64,000 nt of DNA from positions 70,184,001 to 70,248,000 of the forward strand of contig NC_043003.1 in NCBI RefSeq assembly GCF_006345805.1, given 5' to 3'. The translations under genes and the position numbers were made by a program. This document shows, one piece after another, positions 11,168 to 23,217 of the stretch (positions are counted from its first letter, which is position 1; each line of letters opens with the position of its first letter). Origin of the DNA: Octopus sinensis (taxonomy: Eukaryota). The notes under the pieces are model-generated. The model did not search any database, was not told where the DNA came from, and saw only the letters and a program-made list of their open reading frames with translations.

Positions 11168-13487
11168 TAGTTTTTTTTTATAGCGTGCTTTCACTTCACT
11201 ACCGAGCGCAGCTCTGTGTGCCTTGGGTATGTGCTGTGATTTGTTGTGATGCTCTGATGGTTATTGTATGGAAAGTGTTCTGCGTAGGATGTGTGCAGTG
11301 CCTAGTAGTGCAATTTTCTGTATGTTATATGTGTTTGTAAATCCTGGTTTTTGTTATGTATTGTCTGAATATTTTTTTATCATGCCTAATGCACCTACTA
11401 TGATAGGAATTGTTTCTGTTTTCAGGTTCCACATTCTAGTTATCTCTATTTCCAGGTCTTTGTATTTTGAGAGTTTCTCCATTTCTTTTAGAGACACGTT
11501 GTCATCTGCCGGTATTGATACATCAATTAGAAAGCATTTTTTTTCTTCATGATCTCTGACAACTATATCTGGTCTGTTGGCCTTAATTCTCTATCTGTGT
11601 GTATCGGCATATCCCAGAGTATGGGTGCTTTCTCGTTTTCTGTGACCTTTTCTGGTGTGTGCCTATACCATCTTTTTTCTGTTGTTATTCCATAATGTTG
11701 GCATAGCTTCCAATGTATGTAGGTTCCAACTCTGTCATGTCTGTGAATATATTCCTTCTTAGCCAAGACTGGGCAGCTAGAGATAATATGATTATTGTTT
11801 CTTGTCCATCTCCACATATTCTGCAGTTACTTGTAATATTTCTTTTCATTACATGTTTTTGGTAATTTCTGGTGGGGAGGCTTTGGTCTTGTGCTGCAAT
11901 TAAAAATCCCTCTGTTTCTGCTTTGAGTCCTGAGCTTCTCAACCATTGCTGGGATTTTTCTTTGTTTATTTTTTGCGTTTAGTTTAGTGCAGTATTTACC
12001 ATGAAGGGGCTTTTCTTGCCATCGTTTTATCATGGCTCGTTGCTGTTCTATTTTTAGTTTGGATTTCATTTGTTTTATATTTTGTGGTTTCTTCATCATC
12101 TTCTTCTTCTTTGTGTTTATTAGGTGGTATGATTTCGTTTGTATTTGTCAGCTTCCTTAAATACTGAGAACAGTTTTTTGTTTTGCTCGTGTTTTGCTGC
12201 TATCTGGATCAGTTTTCTTCCTTCTGAAGTAGGTATTTTTGCAGTCCTATGGTGGTTATTTTATAGTAGTTTTCCAGCTGTATAAGGCCTCTACCACCTT
12301 CTATACGTTGTATATATAGTCTTTCTATGTCAGATTTTGGGTGATGCATCCTAGATCCTGTCAGTATTTTTCTTGTTTTCCTCTCTATTTTGGTCAGTTC
12401 ATTTCGTGTCCAGTTAAGGATATTGTAGCTGTAACTTATAACTGGGACAGCTAAAGTGTTGATACCTATTATCTTGTTTTTAGCATTGAGCTCTGTTTTT
12501 AGTATTGATCTAACTCGTCTATAATATTCTTTTTTTATTTTCTCTTTCATTTGTGTGTGTTGTGTCTTATCTAGTTCATGGATTCCTAAGTATTTGTAAG
12601 TTTGGCTTTGGTCTAATTCTTTTATTTCATTGGTTTTATCTAGTGTGATGTTTTACTCTTAACTAGTTTTCCTCTTTTCATGGTTACTTTGGCGCATTTT
12701 TCTAATCCAAATTTCATATCTATTTCTTTGGTAAATCCATGAACTGTCTTTAATAGTGTTTCCAGCTGTTTGTCATTTGCAGCGTATAGTTTTAGGTCAT
12801 CCATATATAAAAGGTGGCTGATCGTTTTGCCGTAACATTTATATCCGCATCCAGTTCTATTTAGCATATCAGATAGAGGTGACAGTGCCAAGCAGAAAAG
12901 GAGTGGAGAGAGCGTGTCTCCCTGGAATATTCCTCTTCTAATGGGGATGTCTTTGGTTTTCATGAGTCCCTCTTTTGTTTGGAGGTGTAGGACTGTTTGC
13001 CATTTATTCATAGAGTGCTCTATGAATTTTATGATTGTTGGTGCTACTTTGTTAATGGCTAGTGTTTCGAGGATCCATGTGTGGGGGATGCTATCAAACG
13101 CCTTTTTGTAGTCAATCCAGGCAATACTGAGGCCTTTCTTCTTTCTGTGGCTGTCTTCAGTTACGGCTTTATTAATCATTAGTTGATCTTTAACCATATG
13201 AGCCCTTGCGGCATCCTTTCTGCTCTTCTGGGAACAGTTTGTTTTCGTCCAGGTGCTTGTTCAGCCTTTGCGATATCACTGCAGTAAATGCCTTGAACAT
13301 AGTAGGGAGGCAGGTTATTGGTCTGTAGTTTTCTGGTTTTGTTGTTTCATTTGATTTGGGAATTAAGATGGTTTTCCCCTTCGTGAGCCATTCAGGCATT
13401 GTCTCTGGCTCTGCTAGTATGCTGTTAAAGTTTTCAGCCAGCTTTTTGTGCATTCCTGTTAGATATTTCAACCAGAAGTTGGGGATC

Positions 13488-13489
<2 letters not shown>
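11165..13489 (-). mobile_element. R4/Dong-clade non-LTR retrotransposon, 5'-truncated copy 1 (family A), in (TAA)n
   Basis: Frameshifted segments ENYRPITCL, AWIDYKKAFDSIPH, GIFQGDTLSPLLF, YMDDLKLYA (RT), CRIC..H....C zinc knuckle and PD..D REL region; (ATT)n on both sides. Confidence 0.93.
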
Positions 13490-13548
<59 letters not shown>

Positions 13549-13595
13549 CTTGATGCGTGTGTGTGTATAAATATATGTATATCTATCTATCTAAA

Positions 13596-13655
<60 letters not shown>

Positions 13656-14086
13656 CATATATATACATATATATGTATATATAGTATATATATGTGCGTG
13701 TATACATGTATATATAACATGTATTATAAATGATATACATATTGTATGCACATATACATACATACAAATATGTTTACATGTATATACATGTGTGTGTGTT
13801 GTATGTGTGTGTGGTGTAAATGTGTGAGTGTATATACTCCGAGATTTGTAGAAATTAAATGACTTATTAATTGCAGGTTTTTATGTTGTGTCATTATTTC
13901 ACATCAAGCTAAAACCGTATGGATTTTCCATCGTCATACAATGTCAATCGGCGAATTTTCTAGGTTTCTCTGATGAAAGGAACATTTTTATCCCCATTGA
14001 TAATTTGGATTTCAAGACCTCAGAAAATAATGTCTTACAATATACATTTTCATGTAATTCCCATTCTCTCTATATATTCTTTTATT

Positions 14087-14345
14087 CTTTCATTTGTTTC
14101 AGTCATTTGACTGCGGCCATGCTGGGGCATCGCCTTTAGTCGAACAAATCGACCCCAGGAATTATTCTTCGTAAGCCTAGTACTTATTCTATCGGTCTCT
14201 TTTGCGAAACGTTATGTTACGGGGACGTAAACACACCAGCATCGGTTGCCAAGCGATGTTGTGTGTGTGGGGGGGACAAACACACACACATACACGCATA
14301 CATACACACATACATACATACATACATACATACATACATACATAC

Positions 14346-14385
<40 letters not shown>

Positions 14386-14541
14386 ATACATACGACGGGC
14401 TTCTTTCAGTTTCCGTCTACCAAATCCACTCACAAAGCTTTGGTCTACTTTGTAGTAGAAGACAGTTGCCCAAGGTGTCACGCAGTGGGACTGAACTCGG
14501 AACCATGTGGTTAGTAAGCAAGCTACTCACTCCACAGCCAA
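14087..14541 (-). mobile_element. SINE family A with internal (TATG)n(TAGA)n
   Basis: Reverse complement of the family A structure. Confidence 0.88.
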
Positions 14542-14729
14542 TATGTTCACATATACACACAGATACACCTACATCCATATATATATATACTCACAGGAGT
14601 ATTAATTTTGTTGAAATACCTGTTCTTCAATTGTATACATGAAATATGGTCTTTTGTGACAGAAACAGCTGTCTGGTTCAATTAAATAAATTGTCCATAT
14701 TAGCATCAAAGCTTGTTCCATTTATTTCA

Positions 14730-14800
14730 AAAGCTCTCAAAGTAGGCGCTACAGCCCCCGGTGGGCGTTGAGACGGTCCAGGTGGGCGCTGATGCCTAAT
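14730..14800 (+). mobile_element. Possible hAT-type terminal remnant
   Basis: CTCTCAAAGTAGGCGCTACAGCCCCCGGTGGGCG resembles hAT/MITE termini; no partner end found. Confidence 0.3.
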
Positions 14801-15067
14801 GGGGTGATGGAGTGGGGGACGAAAGAGAAAAAGGAGGCGTTGGGAGGAAAGCAGTGAACTGGGGGATGCTATGATTTTATTATAATATCATTATAGTATT
14901 GTATACAAATTATATATCATATTAAATATCAAATGACTCATAGTGTATACAGGTGTCACGCAGTGGGACAGAACCCGGAACTCACTACACAGCTACACCT
15001 GCGTCTTTACATAAAATAACACATAAAATAGAAACAATTTTTACGTATATATGTTTTATTCCGTATG

Positions 15068-15452
15068 TGGAGGCGCAATGGCCCAGTGGTTAGGGCAGCG
15101 GACTCGCGGTCATAGGATCGCGGTTTCGATTCCCAGACCGGGCGTTGTGAGTGTTTATTGAGCGAAAACACCTAAAAGCTCCACGACGCTCCGGCAGGGG
15201 ATGGTGGTGATCCTTGCTGTACTCTTTCACCACAACTTTCTCTCACTCTTACTTCCTGTTTCTGTTGTACCTGTATTTCAAGGGGCCGGCCTTGTCACTC
15301 TCTGTGTCACGCTGAATATCCCCGAGAACTACGTTAAGGGTGCACGTTTCTGTGGAGTGCTCAGCCACTTACACGTTAATTTCACGAGCAAGCTGTTCCA
15401 TTGATTCGGATCAACCGGAACCCTCATCGTCGTAACCGACGGAGTGCTTCCA
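15068..15452 (+). mobile_element. tRNA-derived SINE, Arg-like (OR-type) head, tail type 1, full length
   Basis: GGAGGCGCAATGGCCCAGTGGTTAGGGCAGCGGACTCGCGGTC head; same tail as 951-1274. Confidence 0.9.
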
Positions 15453-15646
15453 TCAATTATTCCGTATGATCTCTGAAGCAGGCAAAATTCCTTGTTCAGT
15501 TCAGTATTCTCGTGAAAAGTTATGCTTCGTCCCGAAAACGAGCGCGACACGGAACGCAACAAGAGATAAAAATTAATGGTATATTCAGGAATTTTATCCT
15601 AGCATTTCGCAGACCAACTTTGAATGGCATTTCTTGAGACATCTTC

Positions 15647-15682
15647 TATTAGGTTGGTGCATAATTATTGCGGCTTTTTTTC
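15647..15682 (+). mobile_element. Solo mariner-type TIR
   Basis: TATTAGGTTGGTGCATAATTATTGCGGCTTTT resembles the cecropia-group (Hsmar1-like) TIR TTAGGTTGGTGCAAAAGTAATTGCGGTTTT. Confidence 0.55.
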
Positions 15683-16119
15683 AATAAATTTCGACCCTAT
15701 ACATACATGCATACATACATACACAAACACACACAGATACATACATACACACACATGCATACACACATGCATACATAGATACACAAACAGACATAGATAC
15801 ATACATACATACATACACACACACATACATACATACATACATACATACATACATACATACATACATACATACACAGAAAGTAATCACGCGCGAATACACT
15901 TATACATGAAAGCGAAACCTATACTCATTATGCTACTGAATGTCTATTCACATATATACACCCACGTACATATTATACACCCACGTACACATCCACTGTA
16001 GGCATACATTAACTGATGCTTTCATTTTTAGAAAGCTCTAGAAATGCATTTATAAAAGCATTCATTTAAAACTTTTCTCGGAAATTAAATACAGGGCATA
16101 ACAACAACAGAAAAAAAAC

Positions 16120-17250
16120 AACAATAAAAAACCTTTTCATACAGCTGCCCCAAAATGTCATCAAGAAAGTATCTCCCCATGCGATACGATGTTGTCAGAA
16201 TAACAATATACAATGCCATTCGAATTAAATATCGTCCTGGAGTCAATATAGAGAACCTCGCTCTGTAATCGAATACATAGTCAGAAAGGCGGCGACCTGG
16301 CAGAAACGTTAGTATGCCGGGCGAAATGCGTCGCCGTATTTCGTCTGCCGTTACGTTCTGAGTTCAATTCCGCCGAGGTCGACTTTGCCTTTCATTCTTT
16401 CGGGGTCGATTAAATAAGTACCAGTTACGCATTGGGGTCGATGTAATCGACTTAATCCGTTTGTCTGTCCTTGTTTGTTCACTCTGTGTGTAGCCCCTTG
16501 TGAGCAGTAAAGAAATAGGTATTTCGTCTGCCGTTACGTTCTAAGTTCAAATTCTGCCGAGGTTGACTTTGCCTTTCATCCTTTCGGGGTCGATAAATTA
16601 AGTACCAGTTACGCCCTGGTGTTGATGTAATCGACTTAATTCCTTTGTCTGTACATGTTTGTCCCTTCTATATTTAGCCCCTTGTGGGCAATAAAGAAAT
16701 AAGAAACGTTAGCACGCTGAGCGAAATGCTTAGCAGTATCTCGTCTGTCTTTACGTTCTGAGTTCAAATTCCGCCGAGGTCGACTTTGCCTTTCATCCTT
16801 TCGAGATCGATAAATTAAGTACCAGTTGCGTACTGGGGTAGATCTAATCAACTGGTCCCCTTCCCCAAAATTTGTGCCTAGAGTAGAAAAGAAAAGCAGA
16901 ATATACAATGCCATTCAATATAGAGAACCCACCTCTGTTATTGAATATATACATCAACACAAGGAATCTGACTGAACATTCCCACCAAAACATCAAGTGT
17001 AACATAACAGATCGGATATAATTGTTTCGGACAGACAAGAAAAAGTATGAATCACCGTTGAGGTCAGCTGTCCTGTTGATGTAAACAACTCTTCGAAAAT
17101 AAAGAGAAATTATGGACAACCGATACGAAAGGATAATTATGGATAACCATTTCGAAACCTCCGGCTTCTACATCCAAATTATAGATTCACATTTTAACAA
17201 TAATATCATAATTGGTAAACTTAATTTTGTGAGTAAATGCCTAACAGACA
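16120..17250 (+). mobile_element. Decayed R4/Dong-like family B fragment (zinc knuckle and REL), interrupted by the SINE array
   Basis: SCPKMSSRKYLPMRYDVV before the array; NRSDIIVSDRQEKV*ITVEVSCPVDVN after it; homologous to 63764-64000. Confidence 0.7.
16284..16895 (+). mobile_element. Head-to-tail trimer of Meta-domain-like SINE units (tail A, tail A, tail B)
   Basis: Three copies of GAGTTCAAATTCCGCCGAGGTCGACTTTGCCTTTCATCCTTTCGGGGTCGATAAATTAAGTACCAG; junctions at 16517/16518 and 16701/16702. Confidence 0.88.
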
Positions 17251-17334
17251 GTGCATCCTAGCTTTTTTAAGATCTCCCAAAGTGCAATTCTATTGATAGA
17301 ATCAAACGCTTTTGTTAGGTCAATGAAAACCTGG

Positions 17335-17970
17335 TATTAGTCCATATCCTGTTCGATGCACTTCTCTTGCAACTGTCTATCCGAAAATATCATATCCATA
17401 GTACTCCTGCTATCCCTAAACCCACATTGCGATTCTGGTAGAATCTCATCAGCAATGTGCAGAAGCAATCTACCCAGCATTACCCTACAGAGGACCTTTC
17501 CAGCAACAGCTAACAGACAGATGCCGCGATAATTATCACAGACATCCTTTCCACCTTTAGATTTATATAGTATCTCCATAGTTGCATCACGCCAATCCGG
17601 AGGAACCTCGTCACTTTGCTAAACCCTCTGAATCACATCCGTCAACATTGCACAAAGATAATCACCACCATATTTATATTTCTCTGCACCTAAACCATCC
17701 ATACCAGGGGGCCCTTCCATTGTTCAATTTCTTGATTGCTGCTTTTATTTCAGCCAGGCTTGGAACTTCTGCTATAAGATTTTTTATTGGTCTTTCGGGT
17801 ATATTTTCAAGAAAAGAGAGATCAACTTTAGTGGGTCTATTGAGCAACTCATCTAAATGTTCTTTCCATCTCCCACAACATCTTTAGAATTTATTAATAA
17901 TTCTGTGCCATTCTTGCTCCGAAGTGGCGCAACCTTTGATGAAACTGGTCCATAAACCTTTTTCAAGAAA

Positions 17971-17972
<2 letters not shown>
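17335..17972 (-). mobile_element. RTE-clade LINE internal RT fragment
   Basis: KGGKDVCDNYRGICLLAVAGKVLCRVMLGRL..ILPESQCGFRDSRSTMDMIF..QLQEKC; upstream KKVYGP..PLRSKNG..RWKEHLDELLN. Confidence 0.88.
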
Positions 17973-18021
<49 letters not shown>

Positions 18022-18029
18022 CAAGCAGA

Positions 18030-18150
18030 CAAAAATACCCTGTTGTTGATGTTGAAATTCCAATGAAGGAGCTTTGGATCTAGGTTAGAAACTGGCTCTT
18101 TCTCTATTGGCAAGAAGTCTTGAAATAAAATTGAATAATGACCTACATAC
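18030..18150 (+). mobile_element. About 110-bp short repeat, probable 3' terminus of R4/Dong-like family B
   Basis: Homologous to 41181-41290 read on the minus strand; ends TGAATAATGAC followed by (TACA)-like sequence in both copies. Confidence 0.6.
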
Positions 18151-18199
18151 ATTCATATATTTTAGGTCCGAAAGAAAATCTTATTGCATTTCAAGATGG

Positions 18200-19340
18200 G
18201 AAAGAAGCAAATGATTCTCAGCTCTTAATAGTTTAATCAAGATAATATTACTTCCTCATTATTGATAATCCTATCTATTTGGCACATTGTTGATTCCTCG
18301 AGCAAAAAAAAGTCTTCACGTTTTAAAGTAAAGAAAACATTTAATATAATTTTAAATCTCTTCACAATTAACGAGATGTTCCCCTCTAAATAACGTTGCA
18401 ACGAATCAATATCAGGAGAGTAAGGAGAATGAGGCAAAACCCTACATATTTTCTGGCATAATCTTTTCGTGATTGAACTGGTCATTATGAAGGCAATATG
18501 AGGTTGTTGCTTTATCATGTAACAGCAACATCTCTTTACAAATGACCAATGATGGATGCTTTTTCTGCAATTTCTTGTGCAATGCTTCCAACTGACAACA
18601 ATACTTCTCTGCATCAACTGTTTCGTTATGGAAATAATATATTTCTAAATCTCTCAGAGAGATTTATGAAGTGGCAGCACGATAAAGTGATAGTATATTG
18701 TCAAGTTAATGGGACAGTCCCATGAAAGGGATGAAATAACAGTAGAATTCTTCCCTTTTTCACATGCTATCACTGTTTCGTTATGGTTTAACACATCGTG
18801 AGAGACAACTCCCTTCGTATCCCACCAAACACAGTGTGTTCCTGGATTTTTTTAGGAAGGATTCTCCTGTTTCATTGGATGCTAACCATTGTGGTTTTCG
18901 TTGGATATAATTACAGAGAACTCACTTTTCATCACATCTGATCATTCTAGCCTGGGATAGGTTTGGTAACTCGTCTACCCTTCAATGACGAAGAGAAGGC
19001 AACTCTTTGGTTAAGCTGAGAAGCAGTCAAATGATGAGATATCTACTGACCAAGTTAAGACACTTTTCCTCGTTCCTGAATGATTTAAGATCAAAAAGAA
19101 ACTTGAATTGAAGTGCTTTGCTAATTCTATCTGCTTTGGATTTTCAAAAGCTCAATATTGACAGAACTTGGTTGTCCAGATGTAGAAGAATCTACAAGAG
19201 TAAAATTTTTTGAGCAAAACTATCATTACTATATTTGGACACTTAGAGCTACATTTCCATAGACAGAAACGAATGTTTCTTGCTGCTTCAAGAACCCTCT
19301 TCTGAATTCATAGAGCAAGCAATATCTGTTACGAGTCTGA
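18200..19340 (-). mobile_element. Decayed near-full-length mariner transposase pseudogene
   Basis: Minus frames RMIRCDEK*VL..QW, HCVWWDTKGVV, VLPHSPYSPDI; many stops and frameshifts. Confidence 0.82.
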
Positions 19341-19519
19341 TCTAATCTCATTTTAAAGGCGTCTAATTCATAAGAGTAGAACCACTACGGTATAAAGCAA
19401 TCTGCAAAATAATCAAGAAAATAACCCATAAGAATATAACAACGTATATTTTACCGTCAGTATTGACAAATGACAATCAAAGCAATGTTAAAAATACGAT
19501 TGGATTTTATTTCTAATTG

Positions 19520-19804
19520 TTACACACACACAAATATACATACATACATACATACATACATACATAATTACATACATACATACATATACACACACACAAT
19601 ACATACATACATACATACATACACACCACCACACACACACACACACACACACACACAACACACACACCCCCGCACAAACATATCTTGGACTGTTCAACCT
19701 GGATTCTCTACTTGGACTTTCTACTCTCCTATACTCGGACTCGTACACTTAATACATCTGTTTGTTGTTTACACACCCATCTTCGTCTTTTGTTTTTTGT
19801 AAAT

Positions 19805-19877
<73 letters not shown>

Positions 19878-19907
19878 GTGTGGGTATATATATATATGTA
19901 TATATAA

Positions 19908-19990
<83 letters not shown>
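19520..19990. repeat. Compound (TACA)n/(CA)n/(CT)n/(TA)n microsatellites
   Basis: Direct reading. Confidence 0.9.
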
Positions 19991-19994
<4 letters not shown>

Positions 19995-20505
19995 AATATG
20001 TTACATTACTCGATAGTCAAGATAAAACTCTGAGTTTCAGATGCCGAGGTGGAAATCCACAACACCATCTCTTCGGTTATCTGGCTATTTGAAAACGCTA
20101 TGAAAAAATAACCGTTAAATAAAGGGAAATTACTGTGTTATAACTCTGCTTGCCTGCGTACTTATACATCGCTCGCATTTTTCGTCATAAAAATTATATA
20201 AAAATACATAAAAAATATATAAAAATATAAATTCTTCTTGAAGAATTTATATATATATTTTTATATATTTTTATATATTTTTTATGTATTTTTATATAAT
20301 TTTTATGACGAAAAATGCGAGCGATGTATAAGTACGCAGGCAAGCAGAGTTATAACACAGTAATTTCCCTTTATTTAACGGTATTTTTTCATAGCGTTTT
20401 CAAATAGCCAGATAACCGAAGAGATGGTGTTGTGGATTTCCACTTCGGCATCTGAAACTCAGAGTTTTATCTTGACTATCGAGTAATGTAACATATTATT
20501 GTATA
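19987..20505. repeat. Near-perfect 519-bp palindrome (fold-back)
   Basis: 19987-20237 is the reverse complement of 20240-20505, apart from one substitution and about 14 extra nt of AT-rich repeat near the centre. Confidence 0.97.
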
Positions 20506-21199
20506 GATAAATTTCCTCTATTTACATATTTGAGGTCTCTTTCTTTTGTTATCTACCGTTTTAATCAATATATATATATTATGTAGTGTTTAGAAGGTTT
20601 GGAGATGATGCATGTATTTTATTTAGAAGAAATGAGGTACTCAGAAATTTGGATGGTTTTATATTTACAGATTTTATTTGTATATTACATGTTTTTATAC
20701 CTCATATATCATATATCGTATATCATATAATAGCGCTTTCGTCCATTCTAGTGGAGTTGTCAAATTGAACTAAATTCTTGCAGGAATTTTTGGCTCTTTT
20801 TATAGTGTTGTATTGAGTGTGTAGTGGTGGGGAGAGATATAGATATCACATTAATTGCCTTATATTATGTTACCTTATATTAATTATATTACATTTAAAA
20901 GCATTTAGATTATTAAAATTTATCGACTGAATGATAAACAAATAATTATGTGAATAATTATTCTTTTTCTTTTTATTAAAGTCATTTTTCAGTTTTTATA
21001 TACTTCCCACATACAACGAGAGAGAAAACACTTTAAGATAAATATCACTTATTCAAATTTCTCGTTTGTAACTGTCATTTGACATATTCAATGGAGAAAA
21101 GTTTTAATTTTACCTTCTGGGGCGGCGGCTGTCACATGACCTTAACCTGCAAGTGTTGACCAATCAATATGTACGTTAACTGTACAAGAGGGTGATACA

Positions 21200-22050
21200 T
21201 GGGGAGAAAGTGTGAGAGAGCATGTGTGTATGTGTGTGTCTGTGTGTGTGTTTTTTATCTGAAAGAAGTGTTAAAGAAAAAGAAGGAAAGGAAGAAAAGG
21301 GAGAGAAAGAAGAAAAATTTTTTTGTTGATCTCTTTGTAGCTGGTCAGACTGTTTCCTCCAAAGGGGGAAAAATGTCACTTTTCAAAAAATTGTCTGGAT
21401 CTTTTATATCATTGACATTTGAGAGAGAGTGTTGTGTGTGTGTATGTGAGTGTGCTTGTGTGTGTGTACGTGTGTATTTTTGTATCTGACAGGAGTATTA
21501 AAGAAAGAAGGAAAGGAGAAGGAGAGAAATTTTGTTGATATCTTTGCAGTTAGTAGGTTTTTCAATATAATTCTTGGCTTATAGCGATTGTAATGCAGCT
21601 TTTTACTCCAAGGGGGCAAAATGCCGCTTTTCAATAAATTGTTTGTATTTCCTTTTTATCATTGTCTAGTGAGAGTGTGTGTTTGTGGTATGTGCGCGCG
21701 TGTGTGTATGTGTGTGTGTTTGTGTTTTTGTGTCTGAAAAAGTGTTAAGATGAATGGTCAAGTTGTCAAAAACAATCAGTCCTTGCTTTTAGCAATGGTC
21801 AAGCCAGCTGGGGGTCAAAATGTTACTTTTCAAAAAATTATCTGGATTCCCTTTTATCATCGTCTTGTGAGTGTGTGTATGTGTGTGTGTATGTGCGTAT
21901 GTGTGTGTGTGTGTGTGTGTGTCTGCTTGTCTGAAAGGAGTGTTAAATGGAAAAAAAGGTGTTTATATTTTTGCAACTGTAATGACATTTGCCTTTTAGA
22001 AATTGGCCACTTCAAGGGGTATAAAATGTCACTTCTCAAAGTATATATAT
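21200..22050 (+). repeat. About four diverged tandem units of roughly 200-230 bp, each with a (GT)n tract
   Basis: Recurring TCTGAAAG.AGTGTTAA and AAGGGGG.AAAATG.CACTTTTCAAAAAATT motifs. Confidence 0.8.
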
Positions 22051-22104
22051 TATATATATATATTTATGTGTGTGTGTGGTGTGTGTGTGTATATGTATAT
22101 ATAT

Positions 22105-23181
22105 ATATATATGTACTGCATCTCTTGCTCTCTCTGCCATTCCCTGTACAATCGGACAAACCGGACGCCGCTTGGCTGACCGGTTCGCGGAACACCTCCG
22201 TGACATCCGCTTGCCAACGACACCCGGTCTCACGCCATTTCCGCTCCACCGGTCACTCCTTGCAACACCTGTCTGTGTTCGGTTTGTCCTTGCACAGAGG
22301 CCATCCGGATTCCCGTTTGCGCCGTGAACAGGAATTAATCTTTTCTCTTCGCTCTTTTACGTCATTTGGTCTCAACTCTCCCCCTCCTCATCTAACCTCC
22401 CCCCGACCCCTACTTCTCTTCAGTCCTTCATTCTTTCTTTCACCCCTAATCCCTTCCCTTCTTCCCTCTTCTTCTTCCCTCTTCCCTTTCCCTCTTTCTC
22501 TCTGCTCCCTCACTCCCCTTCTCTCTCTCTCCCCCCCCCTCTCCCCCCCTCTCCCTCTTCCTCCCTCCTCCTCTCCCCTCCTCTTCTCCTCTCCTTCCTT
22601 CTCCCCCCCCTTCCCCCTCCTCTTCTCTTTCCTTCTTCCCCTCCCCTCCCCCTCATCTCATCTCCCCCTCCCCTCCCCCTCATCTCTCCTCTCTCTCCTC
22701 CCCTTACCTCCCCCCTCCTCCCCTTACCTTCCCCCCCCTTCCCCTCTCCCCCTCATCTCTCTCTCTACACTACACCCATACGACTTTACACATCACATCA
22801 TATATACATACACACGTCCAGACCTTTCATACGCACTACATACTCTCTCATACATACTCCTCATACACACACACACTCTTATGTTGGGGCGAGGTCATTT
22901 AACCCTATTATCTCCCGTAATTTCGCTCTTGCGTCTCACGTTTGATCTTTGACTTCTGGCCGAAATCAGATCGCCATGTTGATTCGCTAGCCTCTGCACG
23001 CATTTTTTCTCTCCTCGTTTCTTTCTGTTCGTGTTTCTTTTCTGTGTATCTTTCTGTTGAAGAGCGTAGGCTCGAAACGTAAAGGACTTGTTTTATTTAT
23101 ATTCCTGAGCGCCATACTAATACAATTGTTGTTTGTATTCCACCTGCCTTCGTCTTTTGTCTATTTTCATAAAGCTTCCCG

Positions 23182-23183
<2 letters not shown>
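22105..23183 (+). mobile_element. Penelope-like element 3' fragment (Neptune/Naiad-type GIY-YIG with CxxC) inserted in (TA)n
   Basis: YCISCSLCHSLY[+1 nt]IGQTGRRLADRFAEHLRDIR; TPVSRHFRSTGHSLQHLSVFGL..RLRREQELIFSLRSFTSFGLN; polypyrimidine tract 22380-22770; pLTR-like region with hammerhead-like motif; (TA)n on both sides. Confidence 0.88.
23054..23082 (+). ncRNA. Minimal type-I hammerhead ribozyme-like motif of a Penelope pLTR
   Basis: CTGTTGA-A-GAGC-GTAG-GCTC-GAAA-CGTA: 4-bp stem II, GAAA, palindromic ACGT stem III; A6 is T, so it may be inactive. Confidence 0.6.

Positions 23184-23217
<34 letters not shown>

Noticed and set aside
15068-15140. tRNA-Arg-like sequences (also 951, 32920, 48367) and other tRNA-like heads
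   Set aside because: Acceptor and anticodon stems do not pair properly and each continues into SINE body sequence; SINE heads, not tRNA genes.
18237-18950. In-frame TGA at conserved Trp/Cys positions (possible recoding or selenocysteine)
   Set aside because: Surrounded by other stops and frameshifts; ordinary decay explains them and no SECIS-like element was identified.
21200-22050. Regular repeat array resembling CRISPR
   Set aside because: Units about 200 bp, diverged, containing microsatellite; no constant short repeat with unique spacers, no cas genes, eukaryotic context.
21750-22952. 400-aa ORF
   Set aside because: Chance read-through of minisatellite, (GT)n, part of the Penelope GIY-YIG and a polypyrimidine tract; only about 22190-22380 is real (TE) coding sequence.
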